Notes under the pieces: generated by a model | Databases searched by the model: none | Seen by the model: only the letters and a program-made list of their open reading frames with translations | Told to the model about the DNA's origin: nothing | Made by a program: the position numbers and the translations under genes | NCBI GenBank assembly: GCA_001642005.1 | Contig: LWCA01000117.1 | Coordinates: 1-52,265, forward strand | Direction: 5' to 3' | Source: Intoshia linei | Lineage: Eukaryota > Animalia > Orthonectida | Length of the DNA: 52,265 bases | Part shown: positions 22,482 through 37,400 of the stretch, piece after piece | Numbering within the stretch: the first letter of the stretch is position 1 | Layout: each line of letters begins with the position of its first letter

Positions 22482-25400
22482 TTAAAAATCCCTCTAAAAT
22501 TAATGAAATTGTAAATTAAAAACAAAATAAATTAATTTGGAATTAATATATTAACTATTCTTTAATTTTTATGTAATATAAAAAGTGTATTACCTTACGA
22601 CGATCCATTTTACGGTTTAAAAATTCACAGGCGTTTTTATCATTATTTCGTTTTGACAATATTCGTAATATAGACATACCGACTGAATCAAAGCAAAGTT
22701 CTTTTACTAAAATACACGTGCAAGCACATGATCCTTGGTCAAGTATATTTTTTAATTGAATTAATCCGATTCCAACATTGTCGTCACTTCGACCAAAGCA
22801 ATAGTCTTTGACATTCATTTGAAGTTCAAAATTTTTCAATTCTGCTTCACTTCCAATATTGCTAAATATTTAGGTAATGAAATAGTCACTTTATCGTAAT
22901 GGATGTTCCCTAACTTTTTAAAAATGCGGCAGACAAGCCGAACATTAAACATTCATTACACGGGTAATAAAAATACTTTTAAAATATAAATATACACTGG
23001 GGTGTTTGAAAAATAAGAATTTGCGAATTTTTTTAGTTGTAGTAAAAATTAAAACTAGTAAAATTTAAAAAACCCACTTTCTAATATTAATTGTTTGGAG
23101 TCATGTTTTTATGCAAGTTTCCTTTAGAAATTGAGTCCTCAATGTAAAAAACAGTTTATCCTTTTTTTAAAAATAAAATCAGCCTTACAATTAAAAAAAT
23201 TAATTCTGGCGCTTTTTAATTAAAAATTCGTCTCTCGGGAGAGCTAGCTTATGTTTATACAAAGTACATTAGAGTCAAAATAGTGTTTAATATATTTAAT
23301 ATCCCCTACAATTATCCTTACTTATATATACTACGCAATATTTGTTTGTGTGTGTGTTCCACATTATTTTAATAACTATCAGTCTTTATTTATAAAGTCC
23401 ATATTTTAATTACAGTTTTTTCCGGTACGTATAATAAGATAAATTTCACCTTCCCAAACTCACACCTTACGGGTCAAAAACCCCAATTGTCCTTTTTTTT
23501 GAAAATCAAACGAGTTGGAAAATTTAAAAAGATATATACGCTGATACGAATTTTAAATCAAACATTATCATAAATTTAAATTTAAAAAAATTATATCTTC
23601 AGGGCTAAAACCCAAAATTACCCTTTTTTTTATGAAAACAACCTTAGAGTTTAAAACAATTCATGTGGTACAGTTGTATCCTGTTAACACACACAAAAAA
23701 TTTCAATCTGAATAAGTGAGTACAGTTGTATCCTGTTAACACACATAAAAAATTTCAATCCGAATAAGTGACGACCTTCACAGTCAAAAAAGCATTTTAG
23801 TATTCATATATTTTTTTCGAAATATTTTATTAAAATAAAAAATGTAAAATAATAACGTAGTACATAAAAGTCAACCTAGTAATATATAATCTTTATGTAA
23901 AAATTACAATATTATCATTTCATCAAATTCCGGATTTAAAGATGAATTTCCCGTCTTGGATGCTTTAGACCGACTTTTATTGAATGTTGAAGGTCCTGTA
24001 AGAGACAATAGTACAAAAGGACGAAACATACTCGTAATATGCCATTTTAAATTGCGACAATTCAAGACTAAATAATAAATTGTAAAAATTGTAAAAATTA
24101 TAATAAATACAAATTTATAAAAACTAACAACGTCCAAAATCATACCTACCCATTTTTACTTTATAAAATCTGATCAGTTTTAATCAATAGTTTAAATGAT
24201 AGTAAATATTTAATTTAATATTGATTAAATTAATATAATCCAGCAGTCATCAGAAATTAAATAAAAATTTTTACAAAAACTATAATAATCATTCCGTCTT
24301 AGTTTTTACTCAGTAGTACAGAATAAAAGTACTAAAATGACTACGTATAATAAACTCTTAAAACTTAACAAAATCAAAATTATATTGTAAATTACTTTTT
24401 ATTGAAATTTTATGATTTCCATTTCCAGGATGAGTATATAGATCAACTTGTAAAGAAATTTCACCACAGTTCATCCCATGGGTATGATCAATTTGATGGG
24501 ATTGATAAGAAACAAAAGTTTTAATGAGGGTGTCGGTAGTTTGAGTATATAATTTTAGAGCATAACGCAATGAACGTAATTCTGGACTATTATCAAGGTA
24601 TATTTTTTTAATTCCCATCCCATTGCCGTAGAAATATGTTTTAAGGGTGTCTAATGAAGAATCCAAAATTGAACATTGAAATGCAGTGAATCCGCTAGTA
24701 TCTTTTTTTGAAATATCCTATACGTTACATTATTTATTATTATTATTATTTTAGAAAGTTATAATTAATAAAATACATTAATGGTAAAAACGATAATGAT
24801 ACATATTCATTTTAGAATCAGTGCACATATGTAATATATATAATGTAAAATTTACACTTCACTGTTAAATAACAACGTTATTACATTAATAATGGCTTCC
24901 ATTGTTTTCAAAATGTTATAAATTTTTTTTATATTATAATACACATTATGTATTACATAATTGCAATATCATAAAAAACGGATAAAAACTTAAATATATC
25001 ATGTTGGGATATATAGAAACAATGTTTAAAACATGAGACAACAAAAATAATAGACACAACATAGAACATGCAGCATACATAAATTTTCCTTGGTACGTCA
25101 CTGAGTGCTAGATTCGATTGAACAATCTGTTTCACTACTTTAGATTGTACCTGACCCACGGTATTCATTATATGATTAGATAAGCCTTCTACTTTTGCTT
25201 GAGCGTTTCCAGGAGGTATAATGGGCTTTAATATTGTAATTATTACAATTATATAATATATTTTGATTTATAGAGGGTAGTACTTGATAAAAAAACATTA
25301 CCTGTCTAACATCTGGTAAAGGAGGTAATACAATTTTATATTCTATTGATGTACAAACAATTTTCCACAATTCCTAATAAATATGTAATAAATAAATAAA

Positions 25401-28400
25401 ATTCTTAAAAAACCTTTAAAAATCGTTTAAAAATGAATTTATCACAAACATCGGCATGATCAGCCAAGCTAAAACAAAATATATAATTTTAAGATAAATT
25501 ATAAAATTTTATATTACGTATCATGTAATAGTCCCATTAATTTCGATATAATTTTTAATCCTATTCCAGCTGCGTTGTCTTTTGTTTTAGCGTTAGGTTC
25601 TTTAAAATTTACAATTTGAGATTGAATATCAGGCATACAATCGTTAATAGATAATTTATATCTAGGAATAAGGTCAATACATTACATTTAAATTTAATTT
25701 TGAAAATGCCTAATTTAAAGCTTTCGAAAAAAATACAAAAATCACACCCCAATTGTAGATTTTACAATAGGGTGTCCACTTTTTATTTATTTTTTATTAG
25801 AAAACCCATTTTGATTTTAAGCATTTATTAAAAAAAAATTGAAATTGGTTAATATTTACGTCCCAAATAAAAAATATAACTTTATTTTTTAAAATTTGTT
25901 TCTAGCTCAATTTTTTTGGATTTTATTAACTTATTATTTAATTTCTCGAATTGTGGCCAAATTGGTGGCGAATTTGTATAATTCATTTTATTATTGTTAT
26001 TTTAATAATAACATTTGTATTGCAATACAATACATCTATTATAATACAATGTATTGTAATTATTATCTTGTTATTAATTTAAAAAATATACTTTTCGGTA
26101 TAAGTTTGTGCCAATTGATCAATGCTAATGGTTAAAGTGGTTTGTAGATTGTCCAATTGATCACACGTATCTTTCTGTAACTATAAAATAATAATGTTAA
26201 TAATATGACAGTAAAATTTTAATTTTCATACTAAATAACGCAGTTTTTTATACATCTATTTTTAAAATATATACCTCTTTACCTCCCATTGAACTAAAAA
26301 TGTTTTCTAATTGTACTCGACATTCTTGTAAATTGTTCATTAAAATACATGCCTAAATTAACAATTTTACTTAAATTTTAAAATGATTGATTCCATCTTT
26401 TGCAATTATACTGCATTACGCTGTTTAACCCTACATGTCAAAAATAACGAAAATTAGTGTTCCAAACTAATCAATGATTTGGTCATTACCCGGGATCTTT
26501 ACAAAAATGCATTTAAAACACCAAATTTTACAAGCTAAATAATAATAAACATTAAAATAACCACAATATTTTGAATCTCGGTATAATGTGATGAGTTGGA
26601 AGTTCTAACTTGGAACAATTATAAATATGGGAATATATTTATAAAAATTTATATTACCTTTTCTATATTTTTGATATAATTTTTGAAATCATTTTTAATA
26701 TAGGATAAATATTTTAGCAATACGTTTGAAATTGTCTAAATATAAAAAATAATACATTTAAATTAATTAATACATTAATAATAATCAAATTACAGTCCAA
26801 GTCCATGTTAATATGGAATTTTCCCCCTAGTAACACCCTTGTTAACGGAATTTAATTTTTTGTAAATAAAGACCATTAAATGAGTTTTTGAATAATACAT
26901 GACGAAGTAATAAATGCAAAACATTATCAACTGGCACAGCAGTTTTTTGAGGTCCATGAAAAATTGTATCAATTTAAAATTATTTACAAAAAAAAAAATA
27001 AAGTTAAAAATAATATTTTCGCAATGATAGTAATTATTTCTAATTAACGCCATCTAATTTAATATGTATTAAAAATTTGATATAAAACGTAATAAATTAA
27101 CTTGGAATTAGTAATAAAATGAGTTTATATTTATGATAGCCATTAAAAATAGATTCTAGAACTTTAGAGATAAAATTTTTATTAACGGAATTTTTGGTTC
27201 ATACAAGTTCGTTAAGAAAAAATAAATAATTAAAAAATCCGTTAAAATGGAATTTCCGCTAACATTCCATAAATAAGGACTTGGACGAAAATATATACAT
27301 ATAATATATATGTATATATTAATAATACTTTATAATTAATTTAATTTATTATATCATATATAATAATTAAAATTTTATATTTTCCATTAATTTTATTTTT
27401 TTGTAAAAAATAAATTGAAGAAACTTAAATTTCTACGAGTTCAAGAAATTGAATTAAAATAAATTAAAATAAACCATGGAAAAAAATATAAATGAATATA
27501 AAATTTTTAATCGGGGACTCAAAGTACTCACGATCAAGGTAATTATTAAATGTTTTTATCGTAAATACAATTTAGAAACGTGTAATTATTCATTTGATTT
27601 TATTATATCCATATTTATAATTTACATACATAAATACCAATATCTGTGTATTCCTGTTTATAAATTTTTTTTTTGATTTTGGGAATTCCTTTGTCAAATT
27701 TTATTTTACTTATAAGTACTTTTCTGTTTTCAATAGAAAATACACAACCAATGACATACAATTAAATAATAAAATGATACATCACTAAAATATTTATTGT
27801 ATTTAGCATTTAACTCCGGTTGGGAACATTCCAATTGAGCCACAATATTGAATAATTGATTCAATTGAGTAAAAATGTCAGTAACAGAACAAGAAAATTT
27901 TGATTGATCGGAAGCTTGTTTTAACTAAATAAGAGTATAAATAATGTATAAAATTAACCAAAAATATAATAAAATTAAAGTTTACATTTTCCTTGATATC
28001 TCTCTTATAGGCACTAGCTAAATATTCGATAGAAGTAGTATTGTTTTCGTTTAACCAATTTATTACATATTTTTCAAAATACCTAATTATAATATTAATA
28101 ATATAATAATTAATAATATTAATGTTTATTAGTATTAGATATTTATTATAATAATCATAGCATACATTGGGTATTCTGGTTTTTTAGTGGAAGGTTCAGT
28201 AATATTTACAACGTAGGTTTGGTAGAATGATTTTACTTTAAATAATAAATTGATATAGTCTACTGGTCTATGGATATTTTTAATTTCAGCTATTAAATAA
28301 TTTAAAATAAAATCTACATAAATGTCTTGTTACTTCCTGTTAACGCTTGTTTTAAATCTAATGAGTATAAATTCCATAATATTGAAACGCTCAGTTCAGA

Positions 28401-31400
28401 TATTTGAAATATGGATGGAAATCTAAAAATTTAAATTAAATTAAATTAAAATAATGTACCAATTATCATAGAAAATATAAAAAAATGTAACTAAAATTTC
28501 AATAAAAATAACATGATCATAATTCAGTTTGTAAATGTAAATTATATTGCACAATGTTAATTAGGGCTATTCAATTTTGTACTTTTTTAAATGTAAAAGT
28601 TACATGTATAGATAATGACCCGAATTTAAGTTGCAGTAGAATGATGTAGATATTTTTCATTATGGTCCAAAAAATCCCCCCGTTTTTGTCTTTTTCCGTT
28701 TTCTTAACATTTTACATATTAAACCATTTCATAATAAAAACTTAAATTTTATCGAGGGCCCTTAAATGAGGAATGAAGAATTACTGATTTATCACTTTCA
28801 TATATTTATTTTTGTCTTCATCTATAGTAGAGATGATTAAATCAATTAAATGTTCCCAAAATTTTAAATATGAAGGATTAGGTGCTATTTCTAATTCTGT
28901 AGCAGTGTTATCATTTTCAGTAAATTCTTGCATAAAAATTTCCGGACAATTATCAAAAAGATATCGATATGTAGATTCAATACAAGCTCTAACACAATCC
29001 ATTACAACTATTCCTGGTTTAGGTGGTGTAGCCAATTTTTGAATCTAAAGAAATTAAATGTTTTCAATTTGCTTAATGTAGTGATATAGTAATCAATCAA
29101 CCAATAATTTAAATAAAACCAAACCTTCATACGAAAAAAGGTAATTGAGGTGAGAATATCCACTGACGCTTTTAGATCTGTTAAACGCTGTTCGTCGTTT
29201 GAGGGAAAAGTGTTCTAAATGTGATTAAAAAATTAAGATTCGTAATTTTACTTTTTTTAAAATTAAAATTTTAAAACTTAATATTTTAAAAAAATTACTC
29301 TATACACAGATAAATCGATTCTCAATTGATTATGTAAATGATCTAGTAGTTTGATAAATTTTTCCTTCTAAAAATTATAAAATTGAATAAATTTCATGCA
29401 AAGGCAAATAAAAATATCACAATTGAAGCAGGCATAATACAATGATAATTGAAAAAAATCTGCTTTATGTGATATTTAAATTATTAAAGGTTATTAAATA
29501 TTTTTGAAATATTTGTCTTCTGGATACAAATTTTGTTTAACTAATAAAATTGAATTGAATTTGTTAACAGAAAAAGTGAGTATATTAAATTAAATGTAAT
29601 TATATTGAATATAAAATAAACTCCAAAATTGCTTGCACCAAATCTATCTGTAGCTGACCCGTTGGTAACACTAGAGGAGTAGAATCTATTAATGTTGGCC
29701 AAAAGTGTAGAAATGATTTGAGATACGCGGGGAGTAGCGTATTTAGCTGTTAAACATGCAAAATGTCTTGAAAATAAAATTATTTTATACAAAATTAAAT
29801 TTATACGTCATTGCCTGAAAAATATGTTCGATTCCATATCGCATAGAAAATTCATTAATTATATCCTGCAATTCTTCAGTCATAAACACATTCCAATCTT
29901 TATCCTATAAATTCGATATATTATGGATCAATATTGATTAATTTAGATAATTACGCTATAGTCTATTATGACTTTATCTTCCTCTCCAATTTCAATCATG
30001 TAATTAAAAATAGTCTAAATTTTGATTCAGTGTAATTCTACATTTATGTAGTACATTTATATATAACGGTTATTATAATGACAAGTAAATATATTTTTAT
30101 AGTCACTGTATTATTATAATAATACCATATCACTGTATACGCTAATTATAAACCAGAGATAGAAACTTTTAACTCTTAATATAATATTTAACTCCTAATG
30201 TCCATTAAAATTTCAATTTGGATCAAGTTTAATTCGTTTTATGTAATAATGAAAATATAATTATATATACGTAAATATAATTAGCGTGTAATTTAAAAAA
30301 ACTTCAATTTAATATTGTACAAGTCAATACACAATTATCATAATCAATATAATATAAATAAGATGACATTTTATCAACAACTACGTTATACGTTAAATAT
30401 TACTATTGTATATGTAAACCATTTAGTGTATATTTCCAATAATTTTCAAGATATTCAGTTAATAAGACATACGATGCTGGTTTAATAATAGTTTTATTTG
30501 GAAAATTTTTAAGAGATGGGTAATTTCAAATATAACCCGAGATTACAAAAAAAGCCTGAATTATAACAATAATTCGGAAGCAAATCCAGAATATAACAGA
30601 AATCAATATAAAAGGGATATGAATTTATACATCAAAAATCAACACTTTCACAAACCTGAAAATAAAACTGCTAGTACAGTTTTTTCGTAGTCTCGTGATA
30701 TGATATTTTTCAATATCTGAAATTGTAACATACACGTCAAAAAATATAGTGTTTTAACATTTTCTCCTTATGAATAAAGTTATTCAAAATTAAAAATCCT
30801 CATACATATTGATTATTTTGATTAAATATTAAATAACCTCATGTAAAAACGTATATTGGACATGATATGGAGCCATTTGTTCTTCACCTTCAATTTCCAC
30901 GTTAATTTTCAATTTTATAGCACCTGATACGGCTGATCGATTTGTACGTTTTTCTAAATAACAATGAATTCTAAATTTAGATAAAAACTACATTTACTGT
31001 ATATAGTTATTATAATTATATGATTATGATAAAATTGAAAAGTACAAAAATTACCCAGATTATACCAAACAACCATTTCACCAGACAGTGTTTTGAAATC
31101 GATAATAACTTGACCCAAAAAATCATCTGCTTCACGAATTAGCTTTGATCGCATTTTGGAACGTAAATCATTGTCTTCATCCCTAAATGACAATATAAAT
31201 AATTATACATTAATTTTATCTCATAATCAAAAATAGTAGCACTAGCAGTTTACCGGTTACATGAAAACCATTGGCGGATTACATATCATCAAAATTAAAT
31301 TTTATTTCAATAACTACATTCCTTAGAATTTTATAAAGTCCACATTTTAATTACAGTTTTTTCCGGGAGTGTTAGCAAACTAAATTTCAACCTCCCAAAC

Positions 31401-34400
31401 TCACATCTTACAGGTCAAAAACCCAAATTGTCCTTTTTTTGAAAATCAAACGAGTTGGATAATTTAAAAAAATATATACGCTGATATGGATTTTAAAATC
31501 ATAAACATTATCATAATTTTAAATGCTGATGCGGATTTTAAAATCATAAACATTATCATAAATTTAAATTTAAAAAAATACACTGATGCGGATTTTAAAA
31601 TCATAAACATTATCATAAATTTAAATTTAAAAAAATTATATATTCAGGGCCAAATCCCCAAATTACCCTTTTTGTTTATAAAAACAGCCCTAAAATTTAA
31701 AAAAATTTACAGGTGTACAGTTGTATCCTGTTAACACACACAAAAAATTTTAATCTGTATAAGTGACACCTTCACGGTCAAAAAAGCATTTAAGCATTCA
31801 TATTTTTTTCCGAAATATTTTATTAAAACAAAAAATGTGAAATAATTAACGGTCCAAAAATAAAAAAAAAATTATTCTGATAGAGCTTATTCCAGTTGAT
31901 ATAAATACAAAATTTCAATCCCAGAAATCACGCATTCCCGGTGAAAAATAATTTTTAATATATTATCAACCAATACTTTTCAAATATTTCGATTAAAATA
32001 TAAATTACAAATGTAAATATTGATCCTACAATTTCAAAAAAACTGTGCATTGAACGTCTACACATTTCCAATGTAGAAATATGGGTCAAAATCTACATAA
32101 TTCATTCCTTCGTCATTTTTTTTCATTGCTATGCAATTTTTCAATCTCAAATTCTTATTTTCAAAAAATTTTGTTTAAAATTTAAATTAAAACTACAAAA
32201 ACGAATTACTAAAAGTAATAAAACTTTGTTATTATCACATTGAAAATGACAAAATAAGTTTTTATAATTTTATTTTTTCTGGAATTTATGCTATTTTGAC
32301 AAAATTTTTAATGACTGTTTTTACTTTATTCTTAATATTATACGCACATTCTGTCTAATAAATTAAAAAATTGGGATAACAATTGTTTTTAAAATTCTTT
32401 ACGCAAATGTTAACAAAAAAAAATTAAGATTTTTTTTTGATATGATATGACTATAGTAGACTAAAAAGAGCAGTTTTGATGATTTGAATAAGTGTGTGAA
32501 TCAATTTTTTAATTCGGAATAATTTGAAATAAATAATAAAACAAAATTTATTAAATCTTTAATTTTTATTATTTTTGTAAATGTTACCATTTTTCTTTTC
32601 AGGGCCCCCTTTTTGTCGTAGGAAAAAATTTCTAATCACTTAACGTAGTAAATTATTTAAATTGATATAATTATTAGATATAATACAGAATATACATGTA
32701 TAATATAATATAATAATAATATATAATATACATTGTATATATGTACAATGTACATGTATATTATATTGTAGTAGCAAATATTATAAAATTTTATATTTCT
32801 GATTATTTCAGATTATAATAATGCATTAAATTTTACCATACACGAACTTTAATTTTATCTGTTGAATTTGTTGATTCACTAAAATATATTAATTTTAAAA
32901 CATACCAAAATGGATATTACAAATCTTAAATTAAGTAAAATGTGAAAATATTATAAACTAAATAATACTAGAAAAATTTTTCATTCCAAACAGGATTTAA
33001 ATTGTGAGGTATGGTTTTAGTTCGTTTTTTCACTTTTCCAATTGTTACTGTTACGTAAGGGTCTGATTTACCAGTTTTGTCCTTAGCAATTAATCCTTGG
33101 GCGCACAATACTAAATAATTACATTTTATTAACTTTTAAATTTTTAACATATACTACACCAAATGTTCCCAACAGAGGGGTTTAAATTACTTTCAGGGAA
33201 ACTAGAAATTTGAAAATTACATTTTTAAAAAAATGTAATACTTAACTTCATTAAAAATTCAATTTTTGTGTTTCTAACCGTTTAAATAAAAAATTAATTG
33301 TCGCATAATTTAAAAAAACCCCATATCAAATACAATTTTCCGCGATTAATGTTTTATCGCAAATTGACGCCTTCATAGTCAAAAAATCACTTTAGAATTA
33401 ATTTTTTTATTTACTAACCTTTTTTAATATATTTAATTTAAAAATATTCAATAACTAATAAAACTAGAATTAAAAATAAAAATAAAAAGAAGATTAATAT
33501 AATAGTTTATTCGAGTTGATCTAGATACAAAATTTTAACCTCAGAAATAAATGCATTTCTTTGAAAAATAACTTTTAAAATACAGTATGTTCTATCAATC
33601 AATATTTTTTAAATTTTTGAAATAAAAATGAAAATTTAAATATTCATCCTGTGACTTCAAAAAAAGTGGGAATAGACAGTATACATATTTGAAATACAGA
33701 AATATGGGTTTCAATCTCATACATTGATTCCTTTTAACATTTATATAAGTTTATAATTCGTTAAAACACCAATCGTAACAATTACAGTCGAACTCATTCA
33801 ATTTTAACATCTTACAATTCAAGAATTTAGAAACTAGAACAAAATTTTTGGTTTAACTTGAAATTTTACTGATATATTCATATAATAGTTTATGAATTAT
33901 ATTTTCCAATTATTTATCTTAATTTTTAGTATTAATTTGATTTTAAATGAAAACCTGTCACAACTATTTTAGATGTCCATTTCAATGTACCATCTTGTAT
34001 TTTTTTCTTGACTGTTAAAAGTGTTTTCATATGTTCTTCTTTTGACTGTTTAAACATATCCCTAATGAGTTATTATAATAATTTAAAACACATAAAGAAT
34101 AAAATGAAAAATACAAAAAGTACTAATATAAATACAAAATAGACGTGTGAATAACATTTCTTAAAGTTCAGAAAATTTGTCATATTAAAATATTTTGATT
34201 AAAAACTTTTATTTAGTTTCCGATTATAAGAGCATTTCATTAAAATATAAATGTAAACTTCATGTTACAAAATGTTAATATATTCTTGTATGTTTAAATT
34301 ATACGTATTATTATATCCTTATTTATATACATAATAATATGCTTTGCAATATTTGTATGTGTATGTTACCGTTTATTTCAATAACTACCAGTCTTAGAAT

Positions 34401-37400
34401 TTATAAAGTGGACAATTCAATTTCAGTTTATCCGAGGGTGTTAGCAAAATAAATTTAAACCTCTTAAACTCACATATTAAGGGTCAAACAGCCAAATTAT
34501 CCTTTTTTTAAAAATCAAACCAGTCCCAAAATTTAAAAAAATGTATACTCTGCTACAAATTTTAAAATCATAAATATTATCATAAATTTAAATTTAAACA
34601 AAATATTATCTCCAGGGCCAAAACCACAAATTACCCTTCTGATTTTAATGAAATCAACTCTAGAATTTAAAGAAATTTACAGATGGTACACTTGTATCCT
34701 ATTAACACAAAAAAATAATTTCAATCTGAATGAGTTCATGTATTTATATATTTTTTCTCCGAAATATTTTATTAAAATAAAAAATGTGAAATAATAAATA
34801 ATCCGAAAATAAAAAAAAAAATTATTCTGATAGAGCTTATTCCAATTGATGTAAATGCAAAATTTCAACCCCAGAATCTAGCATTCCCGGTGAAAAATAA
34901 TTTTGAATATATTATCAACCAATATTTTTCAAATATTTCGATTACAATCAAATGTAAATAATAATTGATTATGTAAATATTGATCCTACAATTTCAAAAA
35001 AAATGTTTATTACACGTCTACACATTTCCAATAAAGAAATATGGATGAAAAACGATATAATTCATTCCTTCCGAATTTTTTTCATTGCTACGCAATTTTC
35101 AAAACATTTTTATTAAAATTTAAATTAAAACTAGTACAACTTTATTATCATTTGTATATTTATTACAATCCTTTGCAATATTGGTAAAATTCACCTGAAA
35201 TATGTTTATAAAGTGCTGATTCCGTTAATTATTGATACATAATGGGTATTTTAAAAATACTACTTTTAAGTATATATTAAATTTCATATTTTAAAATAAA
35301 AATTTCAATATGGCGGCTGGTCTCAAACAACCGATCAGTTAAATTTAAAAAATATTTAATGAATATAACCTCCAATATTTTTAAATTTTATTATGTTATC
35401 TTAAAAAAAAACCAATTGAATAGTCATTTTAATGTAGTGGTCATCGATTTTAATGATTTCTGATAATAAAGATAAAATTAAATTATAACATCGAAAAGCC
35501 AACGGAAAATAACCCATAAATGAATGAAAAAGTTTTTTTAAAATCAGATTTTACATATTCATATTGCGGTTTATATTAATTTACAGTTCCATAAAACAAT
35601 TTTTTAGTCAAAACATTCACTTTTTATGTATATATAATGTGAGTTTAACGATCTGTAAAAATGTAATATTATATATCATTCTAATTCTTGTAGTAAGTAG
35701 ATTAATAATAAATTAAACTTATTCAATTATCTCGAAAAATTTTTTATTTTTTTGCACCGTTGTATTATACCTTATTATTTCAAATAGTTTATTTTTTGTT
35801 TTTTCAGTATCGTCCATTTTAAGCCGCATTGTTTTCAAGAAGGGGGCTTGGTCCAATGTAGCTTTTCCTTTTTTAAATTTTTTTTCATTTAAACCTAAAT
35901 AAATGAGAATTTATTGAATTAATATCATTATTATATATTTTTTCTATCCAACTATGGTATTTTGATACCGAGTAACTTCAAATTAATGAAAAATAAATGT
36001 GTAGTTTAATTTACATTTTACAGTAGTATAAATGTGTATGATTGTTAGTAAGTGTTATTTTATTTAATATTTTGGATTTATATTATTGGATAAAAAGTTT
36101 CATAATTTTAAACAGTTATATTGATTATTTACAGATGAATTATTGAAAAAAACATTAAAGAATTAATATAATTATTACACATATTAAAATTATTATTATG
36201 TATTTTTACATATTTTTATCAAATAATTAAAAACTACATTTATATTTATTAATACCAGGACCGTGTAAAGCCAACCATGGGCAAATGATGGAAATTGTAG
36301 GCCCATATATTTTTTTTTAAATGGGACGTCTATACATTGTTTAATCGATCGTGTATTGTCAAAAAATTGAAAATAGCATTAGACATTATAATTTTGATAT
36401 ACTTAAGATATATCATTATACTTAAGACATTTCCCAAAATTAAATATTAATAAATTAAAATATTAGGTACCTCATGATGTAGACCCGGATCATATGACCC
36501 TAGAGCTCTCTGCACGGTCCTGATTAATAAAATATAGTACACTTTTAATACACAATAATGAATGATAATAATTATTATAATAGTTCAAATTATGAGGATT
36601 ACTCCACGGAATATGTTTTTTTGTGTATTCTGACAAATTTCAGTTTGGATCGAAGGTAAAATATTTATCAAGTAAAAACTTTTCGTAAATAATGAGGCAA
36701 AATAAGATAATTTGAAAAAAATTTATAACGAAATTTTAATTAATAAAAGAAAAGATTGGTTTTTTTAACTGTATTGGAAAACTGTATCATTACCACAAAA
36801 TGCCTGAGAATAATTTTGATAGTAAATTTAATAGCCTAAACAATGTATAATATACATACCACTTTTAAAATTACCAAAACTATTAAATAATTTAATCGAA
36901 ATCAGGTCCTGATTCAATAGGGTCATGATAAAACACCATATCAATCAAATCAAATATTAAAATCAAAATTTAACATAAGTAGCAAACATCAATCAATATG
37001 CATTAAATCCAAAAAATTAATGACCTTTTAATACAGAGATGGCTGGCAGAAGTGTGTCAGCTAAAAAACTTTTCTGCGACTATGGATAGTAAAATATTTA
37101 AAAAAATACTTTTTTTAATTTTATTTAAGATGAAATAGTGAGTCATTGATATACAATTTAAAATTTGATAAATTAAAAAAATTTAAAAAAATATTTCGCT
37201 GCTCTTGACGGAGCTACTACCGTGTATGCGTTACTAAGTAAATAACTCACAAGCTGGTTTTTAATAGTAATTTTATCATAATTATGAAGGTGTTAACATT
37301 AAAATAAACAAAAAAAAATACATCGAAATAGGGATCATACATACAGGAATTGGCAAAATGGAATTTAATATAGGTTAAAAAAGTTTTCATAAAATTATAT

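Noticed and set aside
22555-22593. Read-through C-terminus [12 protein letters not shown] of the listed ORF
   Set aside because: It begins at an AAG|GTAAT donor and looks intronic. A spliced ending RDF* (22482-22493) is preferred, though unconfirmed.
31486-31734. Repetitive ORF ([11 protein letters not shown])x3, superficially CRISPR-like repeats
   Set aside because: It is a head-to-tail triplication inside a Helitron copy, with no unique spacers and no cas genes, in a eukaryotic context.
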